64,000 nt of DNA, from positions 32,001 to 96,000 of the IMG/VR virus record IMGVR_UViG_3300037502_002729; one strand, 5' to 3'. The position numbers and the translations under genes were made by a program. Shown piece after piece: positions 1 through 10,138 of this stretch. The stretch's first letter is position 1. Every line of letters begins with the position of its first letter. The notes beneath the pieces are model-generated. The model ran no database searches and was not told the origin of the DNA. It saw nothing but the letters and a program-made list of their open reading frames with translations. This stretch comes from a virus.

Positions 1-10
1 AGATTTCATT

Positions 11-340
11 ATGGATGAGTTTGGTGATTTGGATGAGCCAAATCCTGAAAATTTAAGAATTAGAATGAAGTTGTTTGATATAATTGAAAAGTATTATAAG
101 AATAATGATGAATATAATTGGGAATATAGAGATTACCCAAAAGTTTTTGATGGTTCACTTGTGAAGATATATTTAAATCCAGAAATTGATTTTGATGATG
201 CAGATGTTAAAGTAATCTTGATTGATAAAAAGACAAAAAATAAATATACTGGAAATATGCCTGTTGATGAATTATATAATAATATGTTTAATTATAAATT
301 AGACCTATTTTTGAATAATAGTGATGCAGAAGAAGTATAA
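11..340 (+). CDS. Hypothetical protein (frame open to window edge, may be 5'-truncated)
   Basis: 109-aa ORF followed by a terminator hairpin; no recognisable motif. Confidence 0.6.
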   Translation: MDEFGDLDEPNPENLRIRMKLFDIIEKYYKNNDEYNWEYRDYPKVFDGSLVKIYLNPEIDFDDADVKVILIDKKTKNKYTGNMPVDELYNNMFNYKLDLFLNNSDAEEV

Positions 341-343
341 ATA

Positions 344-378
344 AAAAACCCCCTACTTTATTATGGTAGGGGGTTTTT
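344..378. terminator. Bidirectional intrinsic terminator
   Basis: AAAAACCCCCTAC-loop-GTAGGGGGTTTTT between convergent genes. Confidence 0.8.
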
Positions 379-384
379 AGATTG

Positions 385-597
385 TTATTTTTCAATAAAC
401 ATATTTGTTACATTTACTGGAAATCTTGCAACAGGATAAGTTTTTTCATCCTCATCTTTCTGTTTAACCTCATAGTACCCATCATAGATTTTTACTGTTG
501 GAACTGAACCAAATTTACATATAATAGTACCTTCTGGTTTTGGTCCATCATAAAGTCTTACAGTTTTTTCTGTTGTGTTGAAAAGTAGTGTCTGCAT
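385..597 (-). CDS. Small hypothetical protein
   Basis: 70-aa ORF with A-rich leader. Confidence 0.7.
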   Translation of the reverse strand: MQTLLFNTTEKTVRLYDGPKPEGTIICKFGSVPTVKIYDGYYEVKQKDEDEKTYPVARFPVNVTNMFIEK

Positions 598-667
598 TTT
601 GTTTTGTTTTTAAATGTTTATGTGACGTATTTGTCTTAGTTTAAATATATGCAATATAGAAATAAAA

Positions 668-1114
668 TCAATATAACAATGGTTTTACATCCCCAAATTT
701 AAATGTATGATTTGAATCAAAGGTAATATCTTCAATAATAGTTACATTCATATTAAAGAATAATTTATCAAAATCATCAATTGTTGCATTTTTGTTATTA
801 TCAGAATACTCCAAATAAAATTTTATAACTTCTTTTGGTGTATATTTGCCAAATTGGAAATCCAAATGTTTTTTATTTAGTAAATATTTATATCCCATTT
901 TGGTTGAGCCAATAATGTTATATAATTTATTCTTTGAGACAGAAAAATAGGTTGATTCACCCTTAACTTTAATTAAATTGTGTGTATTATTTGCATATCC
1001 AATTATCTCACCAAATGTTTGATATCCAGAAATAAATATATAGAGACCAACATCAATAGTTGATATTGGTTCTCCTATATAATATTCACCATCTTTATAT
1101 CTAATTAATATCAT
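668..1114 (-). CDS. Hypothetical protein
   Basis: 148-aa ORF, ATGA overlap with upstream gene. Confidence 0.65.
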   Translation of the reverse strand: MILIRYKDGEYYIGEPISTIDVGLYIFISGYQTFGEIIGYANNTHNLIKVKGESTYFSVSKNKLYNIIGSTKMGYKYLLNKKHLDFQFGKYTPKEVIKFYLEYSDNNKNATIDDFDKLFFNMNVTIIEDITFDSNHTFKFGDVKPLLY

Positions 1115-1764
1115 CCCACAACATTTAAAAGTTCTTCAGTGTGGTGATCAAACCCCATATCTGATGCAATAGGTTGTTTGTTTAATAAAGCAACAACTTC
1201 TGTCAAATTGTATGGTCTAAATTCTGGGTGTCCATCCATCCCCACATCAATTCTTTTCCCTTTTCCAAACCTTTTATTGGTTGTAAGGTGGCAGTGTCCA
1301 TGTAGGTGCATTATGCCCTTATTTAAGCCATTCCAGGATGCTATGGGGTAGTGGCATAATACAAACTTATTACCATCAACATCAAGTTCAACATAGGAAT
1401 TAACACTCATAAACAACCTCTGGATGTCAGACTTGTTCTTTTCAATATGCTCATCATGATTGCCTAATACTAGGTGTATGTTTTTACATATTAGCCTATC
1501 ATAGAACTCTTGGATTGAATCAAATCCACCAAATGACCAATCACCCAAGCATATTAATAAATCATCCTGGTTGACAACTGCATTTATGTTATTCACAATA
1601 GCAGCATTCATTTTGTCTAATGTTTCAAAATCCCGGGTATTGTTTATGGGGATTTCACCATCTTTGGTTCTCCAATTGGTTGTACCCCTACATATATTCT
1701 TGTGGTTATAGTGGGGATCACTAAATACCCAGATTTGCCTTTCTTTTTTTAATTTTAATTTCAT
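1111..1764 (-). CDS. Calcineurin-like metallophosphoesterase
   Basis: Motifs SDPH, LGD, GNHD, HYP, HGHCH; start moved to MKLKL at 1764, downstream of a TATATTTG promoter element (1787-1794). Confidence 0.9.
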   Translation of the reverse strand: MKLKLKKERQIWVFSDPHYNHKNICRGTTNWRTKDGEIPINNTRDFETLDKMNAAIVNNINAVVNQDDLLICLGDWSFGGFDSIQEFYDRLICKNIHLVLGNHDEHIEKNKSDIQRLFMSVNSYVELDVDGNKFVLCHYPIASWNGLNKGIMHLHGHCHLTTNKRFGKGKRIDVGMDGHPEFRPYNLTEVVALLNKQPIASDMGFDHHTEELLNVVG

Positions 1765-1839
1765 TTGTGTTATGTTTTGTGGAGTACAAATATACAAAAA
1801 AAAATACAATAATGCTATATTTATAGAAAAAATAAAATT

Positions 1840-2424
1840 ATGAAAAATACTTTTAGATTAACAGAATCAGATTTGGTTAGACTTGTGAAAAGGGTTACTA
1901 ATGAAAACAGAATATTAGAACAAAAATCAGGTAAATCATATAATATATATTTAGCTGGACCTAATGTTTTTAAAAAAGATGCCATTGAGGATTTAAATAA
2001 AATGAAAGAAATTTCAAAAAAATATAATCAGATTGGTAATGCACCCATTGATAATGAAGTTGACTTCACTAAAGTTGGTGCAGCAACTAGAATATTCCAT
2101 GGAAATATTGAGATGATGGATATGTGTGATGTTATTATTGCAAATCTTGAGCCATTTAGAGGTCCAAATGTTGATGATGGCACAGCTTTTGAATTAGGTT
2201 ATGGTTATTCAAAAAATAAAATTATGTATGGGTATATGACTCATTCAGATAGGGAATTAAAAGATATTACTGCTGATTTATATGGAGATGATGAAAAATT
2301 TCCACATGTTGAGAATTTTAAATATCCAAGAAACTTGATGATTGTTGATTCTATTCGTTCTTCAGGTGGCAACATATTCAAAACATTTGAAGAGTGTGTT
2401 AAACACTTGGTTGAAAACCATTAA
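1840..2424 (+). CDS. Nucleoside 2-deoxyribosyltransferase family protein with N-terminal extension
   Basis: IYLAGP...D.GTAFELGYG...NLMI motifs; first ~28 aa precede the enzyme domain. Confidence 0.85.
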   Translation: MKNTFRLTESDLVRLVKRVTNENRILEQKSGKSYNIYLAGPNVFKKDAIEDLNKMKEISKKYNQIGNAPIDNEVDFTKVGAATRIFHGNIEMMDMCDVIIANLEPFRGPNVDDGTAFELGYGYSKNKIMYGYMTHSDRELKDITADLYGDDEKFPHVENFKYPRNLMIVDSIRSSGGNIFKTFEECVKHLVENH

Positions 2425-2439
2425 TTTTTTTGTAAAAAA

Positions 2440-2904
2440 CTACATAAACCAATAAGGGATATCTCTATTTTTCCAGGTAGCAAACCTTTTTTTGTCACCA
2501 ATATAATAGTTCCTATATGATTGGACATAATCATCTACTTTATATTGTTCTGGCATTGCAAGTGCAGGTTTAGTAAAACCAATATCTTTAATTTCTGGAA
2601 GATTATCTAAGCACCAATGAATCACATCTGTTGATTTATGGTGCTTTTTGTATCTATATGTGTATTCTTTTGATAGTTCAAGACCTAATTCACATAATAC
2701 TAAATAATTTGTTAATGAAGTTCTACACCAGATGGAACATGGGTGGTTCTTATGAGCCAATTTATATGGAACATCAACTACATCACACATATGATGAACA
2801 GAACATAACAATTGTGCAGTTTCCAATATCATCTTAACAACATGTTTATCACAATGATATTGGGCATTTAGTTGTGGATTTTCATCCAGAAAGAAAATGT
2901 TCAT
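2440..2904 (-). CDS. Pyrimidine-dimer DNA glycosylase / endonuclease V-related protein
   Basis: MNIFFLD...DKHVVKMILETAQLL...HKNHPC...EYTYRY.K.H...AMP...YRNYY signature. Confidence 0.75.
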   Translation of the reverse strand: MNIFFLDENPQLNAQYHCDKHVVKMILETAQLLCSVHHMCDVVDVPYKLAHKNHPCSIWCRTSLTNYLVLCELGLELSKEYTYRYKKHHKSTDVIHWCLDNLPEIKDIGFTKPALAMPEQYKVDDYVQSYRNYYIGDKKRFATWKNRDIPYWFM

Positions 2905-2971
2905 ATGTTTTTTTTTGCAAAGATACTAAAATTTTATAAACTACATAATATTTATAATAAAACTTAAAATT

Positions 2972-3520
2972 ATGAATTCTTATTTTTTTAAAATAACAGA
3001 TCAAGAGCAAAAAGACATTTTAGCAAAACATAGGGAACTATATAATGGATATCTTTCTATGCAGCCAAAAGTTAATCCACAAAGGATTTCAATGTATGAT
3101 GATATTTCTGATAAGCAAGGATTTACTTTAAAAAATTCTGATTTAATTAGAGAAGGTAAAACTGGCATGTGTTCTGAATGTGGTGGTAGAATGTATGAAG
3201 GTGAATGCTCTGAATGTGGCTCAATGAATGAAGGTTGGAATACAGAAGACATTGACAATGAAAATAAAATGGATTTTATTGAAATGGATGAAATGTATGA
3301 TGATATGGATGAAACTATCTATGAATTTGAGTATGATGAATATGACGAAATGAGTCCAATGGTTGAAGCATTTGTTAGAGAATCTAAAAAATTAATTTTA
3401 TCTGAATCAAGAAAAAAGAAATCTAAAAAAATTATTAATGAAAATTATATAAAAAATAATCCTATTAATGACAAATTAACTGAAATCAAAAACTTTATGC
3501 ATAGGATTGCAAAATATTAA
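2972..3520 (+). CDS. Hypothetical late protein with double CSECG zinc-knuckle motif
   Basis: CSECGG..CSECGS; acidic middle; TATTTATA at 2949-2956. Confidence 0.7.
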   Translation: MNSYFFKITDQEQKDILAKHRELYNGYLSMQPKVNPQRISMYDDISDKQGFTLKNSDLIREGKTGMCSECGGRMYEGECSECGSMNEGWNTEDIDNENKMDFIEMDEMYDDMDETIYEFEYDEYDEMSPMVEAFVRESKKLILSESRKKKSKKIINENYIKNNPINDKLTEIKNFMHRIAKY

Positions 3521-3523
3521 AAA

Positions 3524-3826
3524 ATGGAAATTAAAGAACTTACAGCATTTTTTGTTGATAAAGAAACAAATATACTTGATGTTACATTTAGATTAATTGA
3601 TGATTCTGATGATACTATTAGACAGGATCAAATTGATTATGATTTGGCAGAAGAGTATGGGTATTCAATAATTCCAAATCAATTATCAATTCCAGATGAT
3701 GAGTTACCTGATTCTGAAATTGATGAATTTGAGGATATTGATGTTGATAAATTAGAATTAATAAATTTCTTAACTGAATATTACACAGTTAATCCAAATT
3801 TATTACCAAAACCACAAAATTATTAA
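3524..3826 (+). CDS. Acidic hypothetical protein
   Basis: 100-aa ORF in tight operon. Confidence 0.7.
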   Translation: MEIKELTAFFVDKETNILDVTFRLIDDSDDTIRQDQIDYDLAEEYGYSIIPNQLSIPDDELPDSEIDEFEDIDVDKLELINFLTEYYTVNPNLLPKPQNY

Positions 3827-3828
3827 TT

Positions 3829-4053
3829 ATGAAATTTAAAAAACAATTTGGAGAACAAGAAGAAGCACCAGCATCAAATGGTGGAACACCAGCATCAAAA
3901 TGGGAATCAGGAGCAACAAGAGGCAAAGCCAATCCTATTGATAGCAAATCAAAATGGGAATCAGGAGCAACAAGAGGCAAAGCCAATCCTATTGATAGCA
4001 AATCAAAATGGGAATCAGGAGCAACAAGAGGAAAAGCCAATCCTTTAAATTAA
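3829..4053 (+). CDS. Microprotein made of three SKWESGATRGKANP repeats
   Basis: 74-aa ORF, 2 nt after previous stop. Confidence 0.7.
   Translation: MKFKKQFGEQEEAPASNGGTPASKWESGATRGKANPIDSKSKWESGATRGKANPIDSKSKWESGATRGKANPLN
3894..4044 (+). repeat. 54-bp tandem repeat, ~2.8 copies
   Basis: Units start at 3894, 3948, 4002; one synonymous difference in unit 3. Confidence 0.95.
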
Positions 4054-4061
4054 ATAATAAA

Positions 4062-5060
4062 ATGAAACAATTCATAATAACTGAGCAAGAGAAGTATAAT
4101 ATCTTAAAACAATATGGATTGTTTGAACAAAACAAAACATACCCATATAGAAGGCCTGGTGAACAATATTATACACCACCAACTGGACCATTTGCACCTC
4201 CACCAACAAAAGATGAATGGAAGTTAAGTGGAATGCCAACAAAAGAAGACTGGGAAGATTGGTTAATTACAATGTATGAGCCAAGAATAAAAATTCCAGT
4301 TCCTATTTTGGGTGAAATAAAAATGAGTGTAATGGATATTGCTTCAATTTTTGCAAACCTTATACCTTATATTGGTCCATATGTTTCAATAGCATTAGAT
4401 GCTAGTAGTGCTGCTTACTTTACAAGTAAAGGGAATAATTATGAGGCTGGGTTAAGAGCATTATTTATGATAATACCAGGAGTACAACTTCCAATAGTTC
4501 AAAAATTTGGGAAAGAAAAATTAATAAAACTTTTAGCAAAAGTAGAAAATTTAAAGGGAGATGTTAATTTAGCATCAAATTTATCAAAAGAAGAAATGAG
4601 AGATATTGTTTATATATTTAGATATTTTAGACAAAATAAAGAATCAATTAAATTAATATTATCAAAAAGTGCAAAAATAATTGTATCTCTTGGACGTCTT
4701 TCTAAAATAATGTCAGGAATGACAATTGCTCAGTTTATGAGCGCAATGCATAGATTGTACAAAATAAACCCAAAACATCATTTATTTACTAAAGGTAGTA
4801 AAGTTTTATTAAATATATTTACACAATTTGGAATACCTTTTGGGTTATACAAAGGTTGGGATTATTTTTGGAATAAATATGCTTCTGAATATGAAAAACT
4901 TAAAAAGAATAACTATGATAAAGTTGGAAAAAAAACTAGTAATGAGATTATTTTAGATATAATGGAAGCTGGTGAGGATTTTTATTTAAAAGAAGAAACA
5001 ATGGAACAATTTTTTAACTCAATATATGAGTCTAAAGAAGACCAAAAAAACTTTAAATAA
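4062..5060 (+). CDS. Hypothetical protein with hydrophobic helical hairpin (possible head/ejected protein)
   Basis: Likely start MKQFIITEQ at 4062; segment DIASIFANLIPYIGPYVSIALD...EAGL..LF.IIPG. Confidence 0.65.
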   Translation: MKQFIITEQEKYNILKQYGLFEQNKTYPYRRPGEQYYTPPTGPFAPPPTKDEWKLSGMPTKEDWEDWLITMYEPRIKIPVPILGEIKMSVMDIASIFANLIPYIGPYVSIALDASSAAYFTSKGNNYEAGLRALFMIIPGVQLPIVQKFGKEKLIKLLAKVENLKGDVNLASNLSKEEMRDIVYIFRYFRQNKESIKLILSKSAKIIVSLGRLSKIMSGMTIAQFMSAMHRLYKINPKHHLFTKGSKVLLNIFTQFGIPFGLYKGWDYFWNKYASEYEKLKKNNYDKVGKKTSNEIILDIMEAGEDFYLKEETMEQFFNSIYESKEDQKNFK

Positions 5061-7555
5061 TGGAAAAAAATATTTTATTAGAAATAAATAGAAATTTAGA
5101 ATTAATGGGAGGTAAACAATTGTTAACAGAAGCTAAATATCCAACCTTTAATCCAAAGATATCAGATAACATTATTGATAATTTAAAATCATTTGAGGGG
5201 TATATTACTAAACAAAATTTAAGGTATAAATTACCACAAATAAATGATTTAATTAAAAAATTAGATGACAACTATCCAAAATCGCTTGAAATAGCAAGTG
5301 AGTTCATAAATAATCCAATTTTTACTTATGGTGAAAAAATATCATTTTTTTCTAATTTATTTAAAATTAATTATAATAATTTAAATCAAATAGTTGAAGC
5401 TTATACTAATATAAGAGGTACTATACAGGATAGAGAATTATTTTTGAATTCTTATGTAAAATCCTTTCCTGAATCAGATGTTGGAAATTTTTTTAAAAAA
5501 ATAATTCCATTATTGTCTAAAACAAATAAAAATCACAATAGAAATATAATTAAATTTTATGAAAAATTTTATGATTTTGTTAAAAATAAAAATATAAACA
5601 TAGATTTAGGACAGTTAAATCAAAAAATAGATGCTATTTTTAGTAATCCTAATATAGCACAAAATGTCAAATTTAATTTGTTACTAAAATTAACAGGTTT
5701 AAATAAAGAAAAAATATATGAATTTTATGGTAAATTACTAAATTTATATAACAAAAGCGAAATAAATACACGAGTTAAAACTAATATAAATCATTTCTTA
5801 GAAACAGGTGATGAATTAAGTAGAACTAGATTACAAGATGTAAAAGAAATAAAAAAATTATTTGAAGAAATTAATATTAATGATGGTGCAAGTATGTCTG
5901 CTATATTAGCCTATTTGCCTTTTTTTTATAAAAAAGGTGCATTTGGTGGTAGGATAGGTGCATTAAAGGGTACAGGTGCAAAGGTATTAGGTGAAAAAGC
6001 TCTAATACTTTTTGCAAGATTATTTCCAATACATATTAAACATTTGTATGATGCTTTATCTATTTTTTTTATTTCTCAAAAAAGAAGTAAGGCAGCAATA
6101 GAAGGTAAACTAATTAGTATTATTAATGATTGGGGAACAGCACTTAATTCTATTGAAATTTATAATGATAGTATTAAAAAAGGTATTTTTCCAGCTAAAC
6201 CACCAAACTTCAATGAAATTAAGTTTAAATATGAAAAACAAATAAAAAATTTATTGGGTGGGTACATTCTTATAACAAATAAAACATTAGCTCAAACTTT
6301 AATCCCAGAATTAAAAAAAATAATAGATGTTATAAATACAAATAAACAATTTAAATATGATAAATTAGATTTAATACAAATTTTAAATGAACAAGTTAAG
6401 GAGTTGACTGAAGCAAGTACTGATGCTAAAGTTCCAATAAAATTTATTGAATTTTTAGATACTTTAGATTCAATCCAAATTGATCCTAACATTAGACCAG
6501 CCAGTAAAAAAGAGAAAATTTTTGATTTGATGTTTTCAACATATCATATGCCTATTGATGTTAATAATTTGAAAAAAACTTTAACAGAACGTATAAAAAA
6601 TATAGTAAGTGCTGATAACCTCAAAAAAATACTCACAAATGGTTTAAAGACAGTTATCTATGGAGCACCAATTAATCCTATATTGATAAGAAGATGTTTT
6701 AAAATTTATAAAGATGAGATAATAAAAAATAAAGGTAGAAAGGGATTTCCAAAACTTTTTTACCAAGTTAAAATTATATTACATGCTTATTTGACATATG
6801 TGTTTGTCTCAATAATTATTAGGTTTTTATATGGTATTTTTATTACATTAGCTAATGCAATTACTTTATATCCTAGATGGCTTTTTGACCAACAATATAA
6901 TTTAGAAAGTAGTGATAATTCTAAATGGCAAGGGTTAGTGAATAATAATTATGAGAAAGCAATTATAGAAGCAAAAAATAATAATGAATCATTTATTAAA
7001 ACATTTCTTTTTTATGAACTTAAAAAAAATATATTACCAATATTAGAAAATACTATTAATTCAACAGCAGATAAAGATTTTACAAATGTTCTAAAAAGTT
7101 TTGGATCAGAATGGTATAAATTACTTATACCACCTGAATTATTAAATTTTGAAACAGGTATTATGTCTAAAGTATGGAAAATTGCTATTGGGTATATAAC
7201 AAAAGAAGATTATAGTAGTTTTATTGCTGCAATAAATGATGTTTTATATCGCATAAAAGAAGATTTGCTTAAAAGTCTTAGAAATATAAATTTAAATCAA
7301 ACAAACACAACATCTACTACAAACCAAACCATTTATAAAACATATAATTATGATTCTATGTATAATAAAACCTTTGTTCCTTATTTTACATATGAAAATA
7401 TAAAGTCAATTAAATTAAATAATATTGATATTAGTAGAAACGTAATAAAAAATCAAAGAGGAGGTATTATAATAAAAGATGTTCAAAGAAATGATGTTGA
7501 AAATATTGTAATAACAAGCAAATATAATAATAACATATATAAACTAAAAAATTAA
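5060..7555 (+). CDS. Large hypothetical protein with hydrophobic segment (possible head/ejected protein)
   Basis: 831 aa, TAATG-coupled; N-term LLEINRNLELMG..LLTEA; hydrophobic stretch ~aa 570-605. Confidence 0.7.
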   Translation: MEKNILLEINRNLELMGGKQLLTEAKYPTFNPKISDNIIDNLKSFEGYITKQNLRYKLPQINDLIKKLDDNYPKSLEIASEFINNPIFTYGEKISFFSNLFKINYNNLNQIVEAYTNIRGTIQDRELFLNSYVKSFPESDVGNFFKKIIPLLSKTNKNHNRNIIKFYEKFYDFVKNKNINIDLGQLNQKIDAIFSNPNIAQNVKFNLLLKLTGLNKEKIYEFYGKLLNLYNKSEINTRVKTNINHFLETGDELSRTRLQDVKEIKKLFEEININDGASMSAILAYLPFFYKKGAFGGRIGALKGTGAKVLGEKALILFARLFPIHIKHLYDALSIFFISQKRSKAAIEGKLISIINDWGTALNSIEIYNDSIKKGIFPAKPPNFNEIKFKYEKQIKNLLGGYILITNKTLAQTLIPELKKIIDVINTNKQFKYDKLDLIQILNEQVKELTEASTDAKVPIKFIEFLDTLDSIQIDPNIRPASKKEKIFDLMFSTYHMPIDVNNLKKTLTERIKNIVSADNLKKILTNGLKTVIYGAPINPILIRRCFKIYKDEIIKNKGRKGFPKLFYQVKIILHAYLTYVFVSIIIRFLYGIFITLANAITLYPRWLFDQQYNLESSDNSKWQGLVNNNYEKAIIEAKNNNESFIKTFLFYELKKNILPILENTINSTADKDFTNVLKSFGSEWYKLLIPPELLNFETGIMSKVWKIAIGYITKEDYSSFIAAINDVLYRIKEDLLKSLRNINLNQTNTTSTTNQTIYKTYNYDSMYNKTFVPYFTYENIKSIKLNNIDISRNVIKNQRGGIIIKDVQRNDVENIVITSKYNNNIYKLKN

Positions 7556-7559
7556 TAAT

Positions 7560-8243
7560 ATGAATTATATTGAAAAACATTTAAATTTATCAAAAAATTT
7601 AAATAAATTATTAAATGAAGAAATATGTAAAAATGGAAAAAATAATTTAAACAATTTGCTAAATAATGGTTTTTTTTTAAAAAAAAATATACTAACTGAA
7701 GCAGCAATTGAACCAGTAGAAGGTTTATTAATTAAATATAGAAATTTTTATTACAAAAATATTGCAAAAAAAATTTATAATGAAAAAATAAGTTATACTG
7801 GTTTTAGTGATGTTAAAATTTATAACCATTCTAATATTTTACAAAATCCAAATTATTATTTTATATTAACTTTTAAAACAGGTGATACTGGGACTTATTC
7901 TGCTGATACTAAAGTGATGTTATATAATTTACCAAAACAAAGATTTTTTTATTATGAATATGATAATAGTTCTGTTGCAAAATGGAAAAAACCAATTATA
8001 GGATATACACCTTTAGGAAGGGGAACAGAACTTGATTTTTATGAAGATTCAATTGATGCTTTAGTTCTTTCTGCAACAACAAAAGAAGTGAATTTTGGTG
8101 TAGAAAAATTTAAAATGGATCGTTTATCACCTTCACCTGATTGGTCAAAATCATTCCCAGCAAGTAAAATATTTGAAGATTTTGATGAATATTCAGAAGA
8201 TTTGTTAAGAGCTAAAAACCAAGTAATTAAAAAAATAACATAA
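7560..8243 (+). CDS. Hypothetical protein
   Basis: 227-aa ORF at operon end; LLNE and ILTEA motifs near N-term. Confidence 0.65.
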   Translation: MNYIEKHLNLSKNLNKLLNEEICKNGKNNLNNLLNNGFFLKKNILTEAAIEPVEGLLIKYRNFYYKNIAKKIYNEKISYTGFSDVKIYNHSNILQNPNYYFILTFKTGDTGTYSADTKVMLYNLPKQRFFYYEYDNSSVAKWKKPIIGYTPLGRGTELDFYEDSIDALVLSATTKEVNFGVEKFKMDRLSPSPDWSKSFPASKIFEDFDEYSEDLLRAKNQVIKKIT

Positions 8244-8310
8244 ATCTTACAGATAGCATCTGTTGATTATAAATCGGATTTTTTAAAAAGAGGAGGTGTT
8301 CAAAATTTGG

Positions 8311-8346
8311 AAAAGGTTGGTGATAAGCCAACCTTTTCTTTTTTTT
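8311..8346. terminator. Intrinsic terminator
   Basis: AAAAGGTTGG-tgataag-CCAACCTTTT then T-run, between convergent genes. Confidence 0.8.
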
Positions 8347-9014
8347 TAACCCTTCTTTGACATAATAACTTTATCAATTATTCCATAAGCCAAAGATTCA
8401 TTTGCATCTAGCCATAAATCCCTACTAGCATCAGTTTTAACAACTTCTGGATCTTTTCCACAATATTGACCTAGCAAGGTGAACAAAATATCATTTGTTT
8501 TTTGCCATTCTTTCATTGTGATTTCAGCATCTTGAATATTCCCAACAGCACCCCCAGAACTCTGGTGTAACATTGTTTTGGAAAACCGCAAGGAACTTCT
8601 CTTTCCTTTTGTTCCAGCACCAAGCAATATTGAACCCATTGATGCAGCCATTCCTGTGTTCACTGTGGCCACATCACACTTAATGTAGTCCATAACATCA
8701 ACAATTGATAAACCTGCCTTCACAGAGCCACCAGGGCTATCTATATGCAATGTTACATCAGATGAATCAGATGAATCCAAGAACATAAGTTGAGCCTGGA
8801 TTATGGTGGACATTCTATCTTCAACTGGACCTGCCACCCATATTAACCTATCTCTCATCAATCTTGAGAAGATATCAATTTGTGTTGCCCTCATTTCCCT
8901 TTCTTCAAGGATATAAGGTGTCATAGATGCAGATACATTTTTTTCAAAATAATCCAAATGGGATGATGGTTTTCCCAAGTGATCCACATAATAAGATTTA
9001 AATTCATTCTTCAT
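8346..9014 (-). CDS. clpP: ATP-dependent Clp protease proteolytic subunit
   Basis: DIFSRL, IDSPGGSV, AASMGS (catalytic Ser), MLHQ (His), RDLWL (Asp), YGIID. Confidence 0.96.
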   Translation of the reverse strand: MKNEFKSYYVDHLGKPSSHLDYFEKNVSASMTPYILEEREMRATQIDIFSRLMRDRLIWVAGPVEDRMSTIIQAQLMFLDSSDSSDVTLHIDSPGGSVKAGLSIVDVMDYIKCDVATVNTGMAASMGSILLGAGTKGKRSSLRFSKTMLHQSSGGAVGNIQDAEITMKEWQKTNDILFTLLGQYCGKDPEVVKTDASRDLWLDANESLAYGIIDKVIMSKKG

Positions 9015-9048
9015 ATTATCCTTTTTTCAAAATATAATAAAAAATAAA

Positions 9049-9537
9049 TTAATAAGCAAATGATGATTTATAATCTTCCCATATTTTTATAATGGATGAA
9101 TCATTTGATAGAAATGATGGTGTTCTTGGTGTAAACCTTAAAGGCATTTTGGCTTCATCTGGTGTTTTATCCCCCTTCTTTAGGTTACAAGGTAAACAGC
9201 AAGTTATTAAATTATTCCAAGAATTTTTACCCCCTCTTGATTTTGGAATTATATGGTCAATTGTTAATTCTTTTTTTGACCCGCAATAAGCACATTCATT
9301 ATTATCTCTTTTATATATACGTTGTCTATTAACTCTTAAATTCTTCATCTTATGTGAGATATATTTAAGAAGCCGGATTATCAATGGTTTTTCATAATGA
9401 GTTGTTTCTGTTCTTATAACTTCAAAACCATTCTTTATAATTTCAGCTTTTCCCTTAATCACCAATATAATAGCTCTTTTTAGTGTTGTAATATTAAGTG
9501 GTGTATAATCTGAATTTAGAACAAGTATTGTTTCCAT
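9049..9537 (-). CDS. HNH endonuclease (McrA/HNH_5-like)
   Basis: LVLN..Y.PL N-term; RD...CAYCG...LTIDHIIPKSRGG...W.NL..CC..CN..KG. Confidence 0.92.
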   Translation of the reverse strand: METILVLNSDYTPLNITTLKRAIILVIKGKAEIIKNGFEVIRTETTHYEKPLIIRLLKYISHKMKNLRVNRQRIYKRDNNECAYCGSKKELTIDHIIPKSRGGKNSWNNLITCCLPCNLKKGDKTPDEAKMPLRFTPRTPSFLSNDSSIIKIWEDYKSSFAY

Positions 9538-9564
9538 ATTTTTTTATTAAAAATATAATAAAAT

Positions 9565-9601
9565 AAAAAAAGGGTTGCAAGTATTTTGGCAACCCTTTTT
9601 T
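9565..9601. terminator. Intrinsic terminator upstream of the HNH gene
   Basis: AAAAAAGGGTTGC-loop-GCAACCCTTTTTT. Confidence 0.8.
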
Positions 9602-9603
9602 AA

Positions 9604-9687
9604 TTATAAGTTTATGGCTTGAAGCCGTGTTTGCAATTTCAACATCCGATTTTCTCCAAAAAGACATAACATGTTTGATATTTTCAT
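9604..9687 (-). CDS. Putative 27-aa leader peptide MKISNMLCLFGENRMLKLQTRLQAINL
   Basis: Translated by hand; stop directly precedes the terminator; TATTTATT motif ~20 nt upstream. Confidence 0.4.
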   Translation of the reverse strand: MKISNMLCLFGENRMLKLQTRLQAINL

Positions 9688-9784
9688 ATTATATATTGTT
9701 ATATTTAATAAATATTTGTTTATAAAAAAGTGTGTATTAATTTGGATATAAAAAAAATATAATTATATTTATACTAAAAAAAAT

Positions 9785-10108
9785 ATGGAACTTACAAAAG
9801 AACAACTAGTAGAAAAAATAAATGCTGGTGAAAAAATGGTTGTGGACTTCTATTCAAATAATTGTGGTCCTTGTAGAATTTTAAAACCTATGTTTGAGCA
9901 TTTGGCAAACAAATTAAAAAATAATAATTCTGATGTTTCATTATACACATTTAATATCCAGACTGATGTTAATTATGCTGTTAATGAAGTTGGAGTTAGG
10001 GGTGTCCCAACAATAAAGAGTTACTTGGAAGCAAAGGAAAAAGAAACAATTGTTGGATTGCCAAGTATGTTTGAATTAGAAGGGTTAGTTACTGCATTAA
10101 ATGGATAA
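9785..10108 (+). CDS. trxA: Thioredoxin
   Basis: VVDFY...CGPC...GVPT. Confidence 0.9.
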   Translation: MELTKEQLVEKINAGEKMVVDFYSNNCGPCRILKPMFEHLANKLKNNNSDVSLYTFNIQTDVNYAVNEVGVRGVPTIKSYLEAKEKETIVGLPSMFELEGLVTALNG

Positions 10109-10138
10109 TAAGTATATTTATATATAAATATATAGAAT

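Noticed and set aside
3894-4044. CRISPR array
   Set aside because: Units are contiguous with no unique spacers and are in-frame coding repeats; no cas genes seen.
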